From assembly GCA_964627245.1 (NCBI GenBank), contig CAZVGS010000001.1:89256-153255 (forward strand): 64,000 nucleotides of DNA, read 5' to 3'. The notes under the pieces are model-generated. The model did not search any database and had not been told where the DNA came from. It worked only from the letters and a program-made list of their open reading frames with translations. Both the position numbers and the translations under genes were made by a program. This DNA comes from an uncultured Gammaproteobacteria bacterium. GTDB lineage: Bacteria; Patescibacteriota; Microgenomatia; Levybacterales; GWA1-39-11. This document shows, piece after piece, positions 47,550 to 57,739 of this stretch. Numbering within the stretch: the stretch's first letter is position 1; each line of letters opens with the position of its first letter.

Positions 47550-47810
47550 TTAGCTTTTTTTCCTTGAGCTTTTTTCAGGTAAAAACCAAAGGATAACTCC
47601 GCCGACAGCAAAAAGTGCGCCGGTCAACTGACTTCCTTCTGAGGTAAATTGCTGAAATTGGGGGTAAAAATAAATGATAACTCCAACTACTACTAAAATT
47701 AGGGCAAGATTGCGCTTGTTCATATCCCATTTAGCGTACCACCTTTCAAAAAAAATTGTCAATAGGTAAAAAAAGATAAAGTATAATACAGTATGAAATT
47801 TTCTTGGCAA
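47550..47810 (-). CDS. Small two-TM-helix membrane protein
   Basis: 86-aa ORF. Confidence 0.3.
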   Translation of the reverse strand: MPRKFHTVLYFIFFYLLTIFFERWYAKWDMNKRNLALILVVVGVIIYFYPQFQQFTSEGSQLTGALFAVGGVILWFLPEKSSRKKS

Positions 47811-48770
47811 AATATAGAAAAACCCTTTTTTGTACTAGCTCCCATGGAGGGAGGGACAGACACTGTTTTTAGACAAATCGTCGCTTCTTGCGGCAGACCT
47901 GATGTGATGTTTACTGAATTTACGAATGTTGAGGGGCTTATGTCCAAAGGCAGGGATGACGTTGCAATAAGACTTAAATTTGAAAAATTTGAAAAACCTT
48001 TGATTGCACAAATCTGGGGAAAAGATCCCAATTCTTATTTTGAAGTTGCAAAACAGCTGGTTGAAATGGGGTTTGACGGGATAGATATCAATATGGGATG
48101 CCCGGAGCGCACGGTTGTTAGAAATGGATGCTGCTCTGCCCTTATTGAAAACCACGCACTTGCTAAAGAAATAATTGACGCAGTCAAAAAAGGAGCAGAA
48201 AACCTACCCGTTAGTGTCAAAACACGCATCGGATTTAAAACTATCCAAACAGAAGAGTGGCTCGGTTTTCTTCTGCAACAAAATCTCGATGCCCTGACGA
48301 TCCATTTCCGTACTCAAAAAGAAATGTCATTGGTTCCTGCCCACTGGGAAGAAGCGAAAATGGCTGTGAGCATGCGCAATAATATCTCAAAACAAACTGT
48401 AATTATTGGAAATGGAGACGTAATGAGCCGTAATCAAGGCATAGAGTTGGCACAAAAATACAGCTTGGACGGGATCATGATAGGACGCGGAGTTTTTCAC
48501 AATCCATACGTATTTGACGAATCGGTAAATTATGAATTACAGACTAAACAGGAGAAAATAGAACTGTTAAAAAAACACCTGAATCTTTTTGAAAAAACCT
48601 GGAAAGATAAGTACAAAGTCGATGAAAAAACTTATAACAAGCTTTATCCTCCCCTAAAAAGGTTTTTCAATATATATATAAGTGGATTCGACGGAGCAGC
48701 TGAGCTTAGAGGTGAATTAATGTTTACCACAAATATCGAAGAGGCAAGACTGATTTTTTCTAAAATGTAA
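47793..48770 (+). CDS. dus: tRNA-dihydrouridine synthase
   Basis: 325 aa. FVLAPMEGGTDTVFRQ N-terminal motif, TIM-barrel FMN-binding blocks. Confidence 0.8.
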   Translation: MKFSWQNIEKPFFVLAPMEGGTDTVFRQIVASCGRPDVMFTEFTNVEGLMSKGRDDVAIRLKFEKFEKPLIAQIWGKDPNSYFEVAKQLVEMGFDGIDINMGCPERTVVRNGCCSALIENHALAKEIIDAVKKGAENLPVSVKTRIGFKTIQTEEWLGFLLQQNLDALTIHFRTQKEMSLVPAHWEEAKMAVSMRNNISKQTVIIGNGDVMSRNQGIELAQKYSLDGIMIGRGVFHNPYVFDESVNYELQTKQEKIELLKKHLNLFEKTWKDKYKVDEKTYNKLYPPLKRFFNIYISGFDGAAELRGELMFTTNIEEARLIFSKM

Positions 48771-48783
48771 TCAAGCGATATGC

Positions 48784-49287
48784 TTGTGCTATTATTTACA
48801 GGTGAGAATACTCGGAATCGACCCCGGAATTGGGCGTATGGGGTGGGGAATAATCGACAAGGAGGGACAAAAAGTAGCCCCGGTTGATTTTGGCTGCTCG
48901 ACAACCGAGTCGACAACCGATATAGCCACAAGGCTCAAAGAGATACACAGATGTGTTGCCGATTTGATCGCAAAATACGAGCCTACTGAATTTGCAATTG
49001 AAGAGCTCTTCTTCAATACCAATGCAAAAACAGCTTTTGTCGTTGGCCAAGCACGGGGAGTTATACTTCTTGCCGCAGGGCAAAACAATCTTACGCCTGC
49101 CATATACACCCCCCTGCAAGTAAAAATTGCGCTCACAGGATACGGCAGAGCCGAAAAAAGACAGGTGGGAGAGATGGTCAAAAACAGTCTCAAGCTTGAA
49201 AAAATACCAACCCCCGACGACACGGCGGACGCATTAGCAGTAGCCCTTACCCATGCCTTTTCAGTTAAGCAGAAAAGGGTGCTATAA
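48784..49287 (+). CDS. ruvC: Holliday-junction resolvase RuvC
   Basis: 167 aa. ILGIDPGIGRMGWGII and the catalytic-acid pattern. Confidence 0.8.
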   Translation: MCYYLQVRILGIDPGIGRMGWGIIDKEGQKVAPVDFGCSTTESTTDIATRLKEIHRCVADLIAKYEPTEFAIEELFFNTNAKTAFVVGQARGVILLAAGQNNLTPAIYTPLQVKIALTGYGRAEKRQVGEMVKNSLKLEKIPTPDDTADALAVALTHAFSVKQKRVL

Positions 49288-49294
49288 TCACTTC

Positions 49295-49867
49295 ATGATC
49301 GGACTTGTTAAAGGAACAGTTGATACCATACGCTCATCATTTATCCTGATTGATACCGGACCTGTTGGCTACAAAGTACTCGTAACCCAAAATATCCTGG
49401 CAAAAAAAAAGGTAGGAGACAGCATCAAGTTATATACATATACCCATGTCAGGGAAGACGCTTTGGATCTTTTCGGATTTAGTACCGTTGAAGATTTATC
49501 TCTTTTCGAACTTTTCTTGACTGTTCCAGGAGTAGGACCCAAAACTGCACTCGGCATTTTTTCAGCAGGAGATTCAAAGCAGATAACAAACGCGGTACTG
49601 ACCGCAGATGTTGCCTTTTTTGCAAAAGTGCCCAGGCTCGGAAAAAAGAACGCTCAAAAGGTAATTCTTGAGCTGAGAGGCAAATTGGGAGACACCGAAT
49701 CAACTTTGGACTTTGCAGCGCAAGACGAAGAAAAAGAGATATCAGCGGCTCTGAAAGGCTTTGGATTTAAGCCTGAGGAAATTTCCGAAGTTCTCAAAAA
49801 AATCCGCGGACACGACGGGACAGTCGAGCAAAAAATGAAACTGGCTCTCAAGCAATTGGCAAAATGA
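49295..49867 (+). CDS. ruvA: Holliday-junction branch-migration protein RuvA
   Basis: MIGLVKGTV...GYKVLV OB domain, HhH pairs (LLTVPGVGPKTAL), C-terminal RuvB-interaction domain. Start at the internal Met 49295. Confidence 0.8.
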   Translation: MIGLVKGTVDTIRSSFILIDTGPVGYKVLVTQNILAKKKVGDSIKLYTYTHVREDALDLFGFSTVEDLSLFELFLTVPGVGPKTALGIFSAGDSKQITNAVLTADVAFFAKVPRLGKKNAQKVILELRGKLGDTESTLDFAAQDEEKEISAALKGFGFKPEEISEVLKKIRGHDGTVEQKMKLALKQLAK

Positions 49868-50892
49868 CACAAGATACAAAACCCAAAAAAAAGGCAGACG
49901 TCATAGACTCAGAGGAAGAAGTGGTATTTACCTCTCTTCGTGCCACTTCGTGGGATGAATTTTGCGGCCAGGCGACTGTCAAAAAATCCCTCCAGATAGC
50001 AATTGCAGCAGCACAAAATAGATCGGAGGCGATCGAGCACGTACTTCTTTACGGCCCTCCCGGTCTTGGAAAAACGAGCCTTTCACACCTGATCGCCCGC
50101 GAGATGAATTCAAATATCAGAATGACTTCAGGACCTGCGATCGTTAGGGTCGGGGATTTGGCAGCAATTTTAACCAACCTTGAAAAGGGAGATGTGTTAT
50201 TTATCGATGAAATCCACCGGCTTAATACGGCGGTTGAGGAAACACTTTACTCTGCTATGGAAGATTACGCTCTTGATGTAATTATGGGAAAGGGTCCCTC
50301 CGCCCGTACTTTACGCCTTGATCTTCCTCAATTTACCGTAATAGGTGCAACGACTAGGGTAGGCATGCTCTCCGCTCCCCTCAGAGACAGATTTGGTGTT
50401 ATTCATCACCTCACCTTTTACAATCCGTCAGAGCTTTCGGTCATCATAAAAAAGGCCGCCAAAAAACTCACCATCGGAATCGATGACGATGCTGTGGGGG
50501 AATTAGCAAAAAGAGCGCGGGGCACACCTAGAATAGCATTAAGACTACTCAAAAGGGCACGCGACTACGCAAGCGTGCACGAAAAAACAACGGTTAACTG
50601 CGATGTGGTAATCGATGCTTTAGATCTTATCGAGATCGACCCACTAGGACTGGATCCCATCGACAGGCACTATCTGAATGCTGTTATCAACAAACACGGT
50701 GGAGGGCCTGTGGGAGTGGAGACAATAGCTGCAAGCATTTCAGAGGATGTAGAGACAATCGAGGAAGTAGTCGAGCCGTATCTCATGCAGATAGGGTTTA
50801 TTAAGAGATCCCCAAGAGGAAGAGTAGCAACTGACGCTTCCTATTATCACTTGGGAATAAACCTGCCGAAAGAGAGAGTTAGCGAAAAATAA
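49864..50892 (+). CDS. ruvB: Holliday-junction helicase RuvB
   Basis: 342 aa. AAA+ motifs LLYGPPGLGKTS, DEIHRL, sensor regions, C-terminal winged helix. Confidence 0.9.
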   Translation: MTQDTKPKKKADVIDSEEEVVFTSLRATSWDEFCGQATVKKSLQIAIAAAQNRSEAIEHVLLYGPPGLGKTSLSHLIAREMNSNIRMTSGPAIVRVGDLAAILTNLEKGDVLFIDEIHRLNTAVEETLYSAMEDYALDVIMGKGPSARTLRLDLPQFTVIGATTRVGMLSAPLRDRFGVIHHLTFYNPSELSVIIKKAAKKLTIGIDDDAVGELAKRARGTPRIALRLLKRARDYASVHEKTTVNCDVVIDALDLIEIDPLGLDPIDRHYLNAVINKHGGGPVGVETIAASISEDVETIEEVVEPYLMQIGFIKRSPRGRVATDASYYHLGINLPKERVSEK

Positions 50893-50939
50893 AGCAAAGA
50901 TAGACAGCAAAACCTGTCAATAGCCTCCACAGTATCTGT

Positions 50940-51671
50940 TTATTTTTTGGAAATATTGAGGACTTTTTTTACAGGTGTTGCTTTTTTTGAAAGTGTTTTT
51001 TTAACAATCTCATTAATTATTATTCCATCTTTAAGCTCAATATTTCTCTGAGCTAATTTAGCGTACTCAGATTCATGAGTAACCATAATAATAGTTTGAC
51101 CCTGCCGATGCAAATCTAAAAAAATATCCAGCACTTTTTCAGAGGATTCGGAATCAAGATTTGCGGTAGGCTCATCGGCAAAAAGAATTTTTGGATTGTG
51201 AACAATTGCCCTTGCAATACTTACGCGTTGTTGCTGCCCGCCGGAAAGTTGGCTTGGAAGATTATCCAACCTATCCTGAAGATCAACCTTCATAAGAGCA
51301 TCTATAGCTTTTTTTTGAGCCACGCTTTCATCTAAACCCTGCATGAGAAGTGGCATCATGACATTTTCTTTGGCAGTAAGCATAGGAAGGATGGCATAGT
51401 CTTGGAAGATATATCCCAAATTTTTTAGCCTAAATGATATTTTTTCCTCACTCGTCAGTTTAGTTGTGTCTATGTCCTCAATAGTAACAGTGCCCTGATT
51501 TGGTGTGTCAAGCAAGCTAAGCTGATATAATAATGTGCTCTTGCCGGACCCTGACATGCCTGTAATTGCTAAGAACTGTCCACCCGGTACACTAAAGCTA
51601 ATTTTTTTTAATGCCGTTAGTGTGTTGTCACCGATTGTAAATATTCTCGTTACGTCTTTTACTGTGATCAT
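50940..51671 (-). CDS. ABC transporter ATP-binding protein (MacB/LolD-type)
   Basis: 243 aa. Walker A GMSGSGKST, signature LSGGQQQRVSIARA, Walker B ILFADEPT. Confidence 0.85.
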   Translation of the reverse strand: MITVKDVTRIFTIGDNTLTALKKISFSVPGGQFLAITGMSGSGKSTLLYQLSLLDTPNQGTVTIEDIDTTKLTSEEKISFRLKNLGYIFQDYAILPMLTAKENVMMPLLMQGLDESVAQKKAIDALMKVDLQDRLDNLPSQLSGGQQQRVSIARAIVHNPKILFADEPTANLDSESSEKVLDIFLDLHRQGQTIIMVTHESEYAKLAQRNIELKDGIIINEIVKKTLSKKATPVKKVLNISKK

Positions 51672-51674
51672 ATA

Positions 51675-52949
51675 TTATCTTCCTAAAATCGCATCTAACG
51701 TATTTTGTTTGGTTACCATTCTTGCCGGAACATACCCCGAGATAAATGCGGTTAGAGTCAGGATAAGGCCTCGCATAACAAGCCCGCTTGTGGTAACTGC
51801 TAACTTCCCTTCCGTTACCGGGAATTTGAGAGGGTGAATATCAAACCAAGGCGCTAAAAACCAGATAATAATAAGACTTGAAAAAATTATTCCAGATAAG
51901 GCATAAAATAGTGACTGCATCACATACGAGACCTCAATTGACCGAGCTGATATCCCAATACCCTTCATGATACCTATATATTTTCTTCTTGTTATGGCAT
52001 TTACAAAAATTACAATAAAAATTGTAATAGCGCCTACAATAAGAGAAATTACACCCACAATATTACCCAGCATTGAAAAAGTCTTTTTCATATCAGATAT
52101 AGCTTTTGGCAATGTTTCTTCTGCGGTTTCGACAATAACGTCGGTGTCATAAGAGAAATTTTTTAGTATATACTCCTTTGCTTCTTCCCTGCTTGAGTCA
52201 GGGTTCAACAATACTGCAATTTCACTAGCATTAAGACTATGATTGTTGATAAGTGGACGCATTGTACTTTCAAGCATGAATGCACGGCCGTCGACCGTGC
52301 TATTTCCTGTATCAACTATTCCCCTCACAAAAACGTCGATATCCTCATTGCCAATAATCAGCTTTAGTCGAGATCCAATGGTTATATCCTTCAACCGTGG
52401 CTCTGTTGAGGAGCCCTGAGAGTATTCTACAAGAAGACTTTTTCCCAGTATAATTCCATCCGTGTCATATTCCTTCAAATATTCGCCTAAAATAATTTCA
52501 GAGGATATTCCCGTAACTGCATCTTCATCTTTCGGATTAATTCCAACTATCGTGCTGTTTACTCTCTGTCCAATATCAATAGCGCGGATTTTTACTTTAT
52601 TTTCATTTTCTAGTATTGCTGGTGTCGTGTATCTGCTTGAAGACGCCTGATAAGAAGGCAGGCTTTTTATCACAGAATTCAACATGCTAGACTGCGATAT
52701 TGAGACGTACTGAGTAGCTGGTTTTATTAAAATGTCTGACGAATAATAAGTCTTAAAAGAATTCATCATACCTTCAGCCAAACCGGTCAAAATTCCACCC
52801 ATCAACACCATATTAAGGAAAGTTAGTGACATTACAAAAATAATAAGAGCAGTTGACCAGGGATTATTACGTTTTAATTCTCGGAAAGCTAAGAATTGAC
52901 CTACAAATATATCTTTCTGAAATTTACTGAAGAGATCTAGTATTTTCAT
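51675..52949 (-). CDS. ABC transporter permease, FtsX/MacB-type
   Basis: 424 aa. N-terminal TM, large periplasmic domain, three C-terminal TM helices (FtsX fold). Confidence 0.7.
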   Translation of the reverse strand: MKILDLFSKFQKDIFVGQFLAFRELKRNNPWSTALIIFVMSLTFLNMVLMGGILTGLAEGMMNSFKTYYSSDILIKPATQYVSISQSSMLNSVIKSLPSYQASSSRYTTPAILENENKVKIRAIDIGQRVNSTIVGINPKDEDAVTGISSEIILGEYLKEYDTDGIILGKSLLVEYSQGSSTEPRLKDITIGSRLKLIIGNEDIDVFVRGIVDTGNSTVDGRAFMLESTMRPLINNHSLNASEIAVLLNPDSSREEAKEYILKNFSYDTDVIVETAEETLPKAISDMKKTFSMLGNIVGVISLIVGAITIFIVIFVNAITRRKYIGIMKGIGISARSIEVSYVMQSLFYALSGIIFSSLIIIWFLAPWFDIHPLKFPVTEGKLAVTTSGLVMRGLILTLTAFISGYVPARMVTKQNTLDAILGR

Positions 52950-53899
52950 GGACTTTTACTATCTGGCCTTGCAAGAACTTCTGTTCCATTATTAAGACCG
53001 GATAGTATTTCGGCTTTTACAAATCCTTTTTCACCAATTTTTACTTCTGTAAGCTGACCGTCTCTGTCTTCAGCTTTTTGTACATATATTTTTCCGTCTC
53101 TATAAATTAAAGCACTCATAGGAACAGTAAGCGTATCTTCTTTGCGGATAAGTTGAATTGTAGCTATTGCAGTCATATTTGGTTTTACACTTGCAGGCAG
53201 GTCGTTAACTTGAATTTTTGATTCAAAAGTCACAACTCCTCCATCGATGGCTCCAGCTGTATCGATAGATTTGACTTTTCCCGACAAAGACAAGTCTTTA
53301 ATCGCATCAAAAGTGATATCCACTTTTTGTCCGGAAGAGATTTTTGGAGCATATATCTCATTGATATAAACAGTTAAATATGGCTCATCTTCCAAAGTAT
53401 CTTCATACGCAATCTTTGCCAGATTTACTTGAGCTTGAGCTGCTGAAATAGCAATGTCTGCCTCCTTGTACTTTGTTTCTGCTGATCGGAAATCTTTTTC
53501 TGCTTCAACAAGGACAGAGTCTATGCTTAATTTTTCGAGGGTTGTATACTCATCCTTAGTAGCCGGATTGGTCGTATTATCATTTTTATAATTCACACTG
53601 TTTTCTGCATCCAAAACTGCCTGTCTTTTCACCCACATCGCAGCATCTGCAGCCTGTTTGTTTTGCTTTGCGGTAGCTAATGAGTTAATTGCGCTTTGAT
53701 ATTCTGCGTATGCTGACGCTTTTTCTGTATCGGTTGCTGTCTTATGAAATGTGCCGCTTACCTGAACAGTTTCAAGAAAGGTTTCTTTTTGTACCGTATG
53801 CAACAGACGGGTATCAGGCTTTTGCAATACCAGAAATTTAAATCCGATGGCAGATATTACTATAAAAGCGACGACAAAATAAATTTTACGTAGTTTCAT
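52946..53899 (-). CDS. Periplasmic adaptor / membrane-fusion protein (HlyD/MacA-like)
   Basis: 317 aa. N-terminal anchor, coiled-coil region, beta-barrel C-terminus. 4-bp overlap with the permease. Confidence 0.55.
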   Translation of the reverse strand: MKLRKIYFVVAFIVISAIGFKFLVLQKPDTRLLHTVQKETFLETVQVSGTFHKTATDTEKASAYAEYQSAINSLATAKQNKQAADAAMWVKRQAVLDAENSVNYKNDNTTNPATKDEYTTLEKLSIDSVLVEAEKDFRSAETKYKEADIAISAAQAQVNLAKIAYEDTLEDEPYLTVYINEIYAPKISSGQKVDITFDAIKDLSLSGKVKSIDTAGAIDGGVVTFESKIQVNDLPASVKPNMTAIATIQLIRKEDTLTVPMSALIYRDGKIYVQKAEDRDGQLTEVKIGEKGFVKAEILSGLNNGTEVLARPDSKSP

Positions 53900-53900
53900 G

Positions 53901-54338
53901 TTATTTAATTTTAGCTTGAGAGTCCAATATGCTGGTAAATATTCTTATCATCTCTTTGATGTCATTTTCAGGAATGGCTTTAAAGACATTAAAATGAGTT
54001 TTTTGTAGTTGATCTTTAAACACTTTTGTCTGTTTTACCCCATCTTGAGTAATAGAAAGACAAATAATTCTGCGGTCGGATGAGCTATTTTCTCTTTTAA
54101 TGAAATTTCCCTCAGCAAGACGATTGGTAAGTTGAGTTGTTGCGGATATTGACATCGATAACTCATCTGCAAGAGACCCGACAGAAGCATTAGGATTCTC
54201 GTAGATGAATGAAAGTGCCTGGGCTTGAAGAAGCGTTACTGCCTTGTCTTCAAAAGAACTTGTTTGCTCGATGAGCTTTCGGACCTTGATTGCTTTGCTA
54301 AAAAATTCAGACAATAATTTTGGGTTAATATTTTTCAT
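53901..54338 (-). CDS. MarR-family transcriptional regulator
   Basis: 145 aa. Winged HTH (LTQAQALSFIYENPNASVGSLADELSMSISATTQLTNRLAEGNFIKRENSSSDRR). Confidence 0.75.
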   Translation of the reverse strand: MKNINPKLLSEFFSKAIKVRKLIEQTSSFEDKAVTLLQAQALSFIYENPNASVGSLADELSMSISATTQLTNRLAEGNFIKRENSSSDRRIICLSITQDGVKQTKVFKDQLQKTHFNVFKAIPENDIKEMIRIFTSILDSQAKIK

Positions 54339-54617
54339 TCTTTTAAGAAGATAGTTTATGACATAAATATTTTATAGTATAAACTATATTCTGTCAAGGA
54401 ACGATTTCATAATACAGATTTTAAATTCAAACCTTTTTACCTAAATACTTATTTGTAAGCAGTGCTTTCGAATATAGAAATTCAGGTATATCCTAAATGT
54501 AATCTTATTGGAGAAAGACTGTCAACCTAAGTAATCAAAAAAAGTTAAGATATTCCGCCAATGTGGTATAATTTGTCCACAAAAATACCAAAGAAGTACT
54601 CAGACCAGTAATATTCT

Positions 54618-55601
54618 ATGGAAAGACACATTAGTGAATTGGACTCTCAATATACTCCCGAAGTTCTAAAAACTGTAAGGCAGGACCCATTTCTTGCGAA
54701 TTTGAAGGAAATTAATGAAATCACTCCTGTTTCAAATGGTGTTTCTCATTACGTATATAAAATTACTACAGACAAAGATAATTTTTTTTTGAAGATACGA
54801 GAGAATCACTTTTCAAGGCTTCCTGAAATTGCAATAAGACCAGAGGACATTAAGAGTGAATATAAAGCACTAACCATTTACGAATCTTTCATGCCAAATA
54901 ATTTCCCCCAAATAGTCTCTTTTAGTGACCAAAAACACTACCTAATAACTACAGACGCAACATTCAATGGTATGTTGTTCCAGGAAACTTTAATAAGTGG
55001 AGACGCTACAGGAGAAATGGTTTATAATCTTGGATCAACATTGAAGGAGATTCATACTTCAACTGCAGCATACACGGATGATATCAGGGAAGAGGGGGAT
55101 AGCACCCATTATGATCTGAAGCTATTGCATAGATTTGAATTCGCTAAAAACGATGGACTCGATGAGGTAGTTGAGAAATTAAAAAAACAAAAAAAACAAT
55201 TAATTTTGGGGGACCCAGCCCCTAAAAACATTGGCATCAATAATAATGGACTACTCTTTATCTTCTTTGATCTCGAAGATGCTCATCAAGGTAATCCCAT
55301 CTTTGACTGTGGCTATTTGCTTGGTCATATATTATTACATAATCTTTTGGATCCAAAAAAAGCGAGCGAATTAGCGGATGACTATACAAGCGGTTATGGA
55401 ATAGAAAAGTTTGATGAAGATATGCTTAAAAAAATTGCATTGGGAATAGTAAGATACCGATTAGGAGGTAAAATTCCATATCCGGCACCAAATATTCCGC
55501 AAGACATGAAAATACCGATAATGAATAGAATCGAAAACATTTTTCAGGTAAATCTCAAAACTTCAGATTGGACTACAATATTTACTTATTTGAAAGCGTG
55601 A
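54618..55601 (+). CDS. Protein-kinase-like fold phosphotransferase (APH/CotS/choline-kinase family)
   Basis: 327 aa. LILGDPAPKNIGI ... IFFDLEDAH (catalytic-loop D...N and DxE metal loop). Distantly similar to the 33418..34392 gene. Confidence 0.5.
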   Translation: MERHISELDSQYTPEVLKTVRQDPFLANLKEINEITPVSNGVSHYVYKITTDKDNFFLKIRENHFSRLPEIAIRPEDIKSEYKALTIYESFMPNNFPQIVSFSDQKHYLITTDATFNGMLFQETLISGDATGEMVYNLGSTLKEIHTSTAAYTDDIREEGDSTHYDLKLLHRFEFAKNDGLDEVVEKLKKQKKQLILGDPAPKNIGINNNGLLFIFFDLEDAHQGNPIFDCGYLLGHILLHNLLDPKKASELADDYTSGYGIEKFDEDMLKKIALGIVRYRLGGKIPYPAPNIPQDMKIPIMNRIENIFQVNLKTSDWTTIFTYLKA

Positions 55602-55615
55602 AAAAATTAAATTTA

Positions 55616-57040
55616 ATGCTTATTGGCGTGGGTCCGCATGCAAAGCGGATTTATTATCCAATTTGCAAACAGGAAAAGTCTTTAGGCGTTAAAATTGTAT
55701 GTGGGGTTGATTTAATAGAAAAAAGGAACGACATTGAGGAATACTTTGAAAAATATCAAGATAGAATGCCCATGCATTATGTGGCTAAGAATGCATATTC
55801 TAAAAAACTAACAAAACAAACAGCAGCAGCACTTAACAAGCTTGTACGAAAATATCAAGTCGATGGAGTAATCATTTCAACTGATCCTTTAGCTCACCTT
55901 CGCTATGGCTTGTGGGCCATTAGCCAAAATCTTCACGTATTGATGGATAAACCTATCTCTGCAGTCCCAGGATCATCAGTAAATGAGACAGCAGCAAGTG
56001 AAATTCTTTCTGATTTTTATTTACTGAAGAAAGCTCATATCAAAACAGGTAAAGATGCAATATTTAGTATCATGGCTCAAAGGCGGTTTCATCAAACATA
56101 TATAAAAGTACGCAAAATGGTAGAGGAAATTTTCAAAAAAACTAATTGTCCTATTACTTCTATTCAAACCGCTCACTCTGACGGTCAATGGAGACTTCCA
56201 TCGGAAATAATTGATATGGATTATCATTCTTTTGATCAGGGCTTAGGCAAGATTTCTCATTCTGGGTATCACTTCCTAGATATGATTTGCTGGCTTATAA
56301 GCGCTGCTACTACAGAGAAGAAGAAGGTAAATAATGTTGACATTTTTGCGCAAGCAATGCGTCCTACTGATTTTATCTCTCAAATAAATTTTTCTGATTA
56401 CAAAAATTTATTTGCAGATTTTTCCAAAATAAACAAATATTCCGAAAAAGAATTTAGAGAAATAACAAAAAAATACGGAGAAATTGACACATTTATCAAT
56501 TTCGCTTTCAAACATAATTCTGATGTAATTACTTTGAGTAGCTCAAATTTAATGCATAATGGTTTCTCTCAGCGAGGTTGGCTATTACCTAAGAAAGATT
56601 TGTACAAGGGAAATGGAAGAGTGAGACAGGAAGCAATGTTCATCGAACAAGGCCCCTTTCAGTCTATTTCGCTCGTCTCTTATCAGTCAAATGAAATAAA
56701 TAAAAATTCTAATAAAAAAGTTTATGATATAGGCGGTGAGTACCACTTGGACGTACATGTTTTTAGAAATAACAATTATAATCCAGAGTGGAAAGACTAT
56801 GAAAAGTTCTCGGTTGAGGATTTATCAGAAAATAGACTAAGAGGTTATTCTAGGGGTCATCAAGAAGATGCACGAAGAAACTCGATTATTGAATTTATAG
56901 AATGCGCGAAAGGTAATCACATAAAACAAAAATCTAGTCTGCTATCTCATGAATCTACTGTTAAACTTATGAGTGGAACATATCTTTCAATGGCGAAAAA
57001 ATTTAATTCTGAAAATCCTGTTGTAAATATCAGGCTCTAG
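55616..57040 (+). CDS. Rossmann-fold NAD(P)-binding oxidoreductase (Gfo/Idh/MocA-like N-terminus) with a long C-terminal domain
   Basis: MLIGVGPHAKRIYYPI (GxGxxA), then a beta-strand with acidic DLIEKR. About 475 aa from the internal Met. Confidence 0.45.
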   Translation: MLIGVGPHAKRIYYPICKQEKSLGVKIVCGVDLIEKRNDIEEYFEKYQDRMPMHYVAKNAYSKKLTKQTAAALNKLVRKYQVDGVIISTDPLAHLRYGLWAISQNLHVLMDKPISAVPGSSVNETAASEILSDFYLLKKAHIKTGKDAIFSIMAQRRFHQTYIKVRKMVEEIFKKTNCPITSIQTAHSDGQWRLPSEIIDMDYHSFDQGLGKISHSGYHFLDMICWLISAATTEKKKVNNVDIFAQAMRPTDFISQINFSDYKNLFADFSKINKYSEKEFREITKKYGEIDTFINFAFKHNSDVITLSSSNLMHNGFSQRGWLLPKKDLYKGNGRVRQEAMFIEQGPFQSISLVSYQSNEINKNSNKKVYDIGGEYHLDVHVFRNNNYNPEWKDYEKFSVEDLSENRLRGYSRGHQEDARRNSIIEFIECAKGNHIKQKSSLLSHESTVKLMSGTYLSMAKKFNSENPVVNIRL

Positions 57041-57043
57041 TCC

Positions 57044-57739
57044 ATGAGATTTCAAATACTAGGAAGGAATACTATTGAGAAGGCTTCAGGTCTCGTTGTG
57101 GTAATAGACGTCCTCAGAGCGTTTACAACAGCATGCTACATATTTTCAAAAGGAGCAAAAGAAATCGTGCTTGCATCAACTCCCGAGGAGGGACTTCTTT
57201 TGAAAAAGCAGTATCCTAAATATCTTTTAGTAGGTGAGCGTAAGGGGCTAAAACTCACAGGATATGATTATGGAAACTCTCCATTTGAAATAAAACAAGC
57301 CAGTCTTTTAGATAAGACTGTCGTGATGACAACTTCCCTGGGGACCTCAACTCTTCTTGATTTGTACACATTATCAAAAGGCAAAGAATTTATTACTGGA
57401 AGTTTTGTTAATGCATCGGCCATTATTAACTACATAAAAAAAAGCAAATATGAAATAGTGAGCCTTATATGCACAGACGACTCCTTCAATGATAACGAGG
57501 ATTACATGTGTGCAAAATATATAGTAAGCAACTTTATAGGAAAATCTCTTGACTTTCAAAAAATAAAGGAAGATTTGACCAAACATCCAATATCTGAAGG
57601 GTTTCTTAAAAAACCTTTAACTAAATACGCACCAGATGATTTCAATCTGTGTTTGCAAGTGAATAAATTTAGGTTTATTATAATGTCAAATAGATCAGCT
57701 GAGAGAATACTTTTGAAGCCTATAAATTATGAGCGCTGA
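57044..57739 (+). CDS. 2-phosphosulfolactate phosphatase family (ComB-like)
   Basis: 231 aa. VVIDVLRAFTTA ... GERKG ... DYGNSPFE blocks typical of the ComB family (PF04029). Confidence 0.6.
   Translation: MRFQILGRNTIEKASGLVVVIDVLRAFTTACYIFSKGAKEIVLASTPEEGLLLKKQYPKYLLVGERKGLKLTGYDYGNSPFEIKQASLLDKTVVMTTSLGTSTLLDLYTLSKGKEFITGSFVNASAIINYIKKSKYEIVSLICTDDSFNDNEDYMCAKYIVSNFIGKSLDFQKIKEDLTKHPISEGFLKKPLTKYAPDDFNLCLQVNKFRFIIMSNRSAERILLKPINYER

Noticed and set aside
54560-54610. 16-aa ORF MWYNLSTKIPKKYSDQ upstream of the kinase-like gene, as a possible precursor peptide
   Set aside because: It overlaps the TGgTATAAT -10 element of the operon promoter, so it is unlikely to be translated. Mentioned only as something to re-check.
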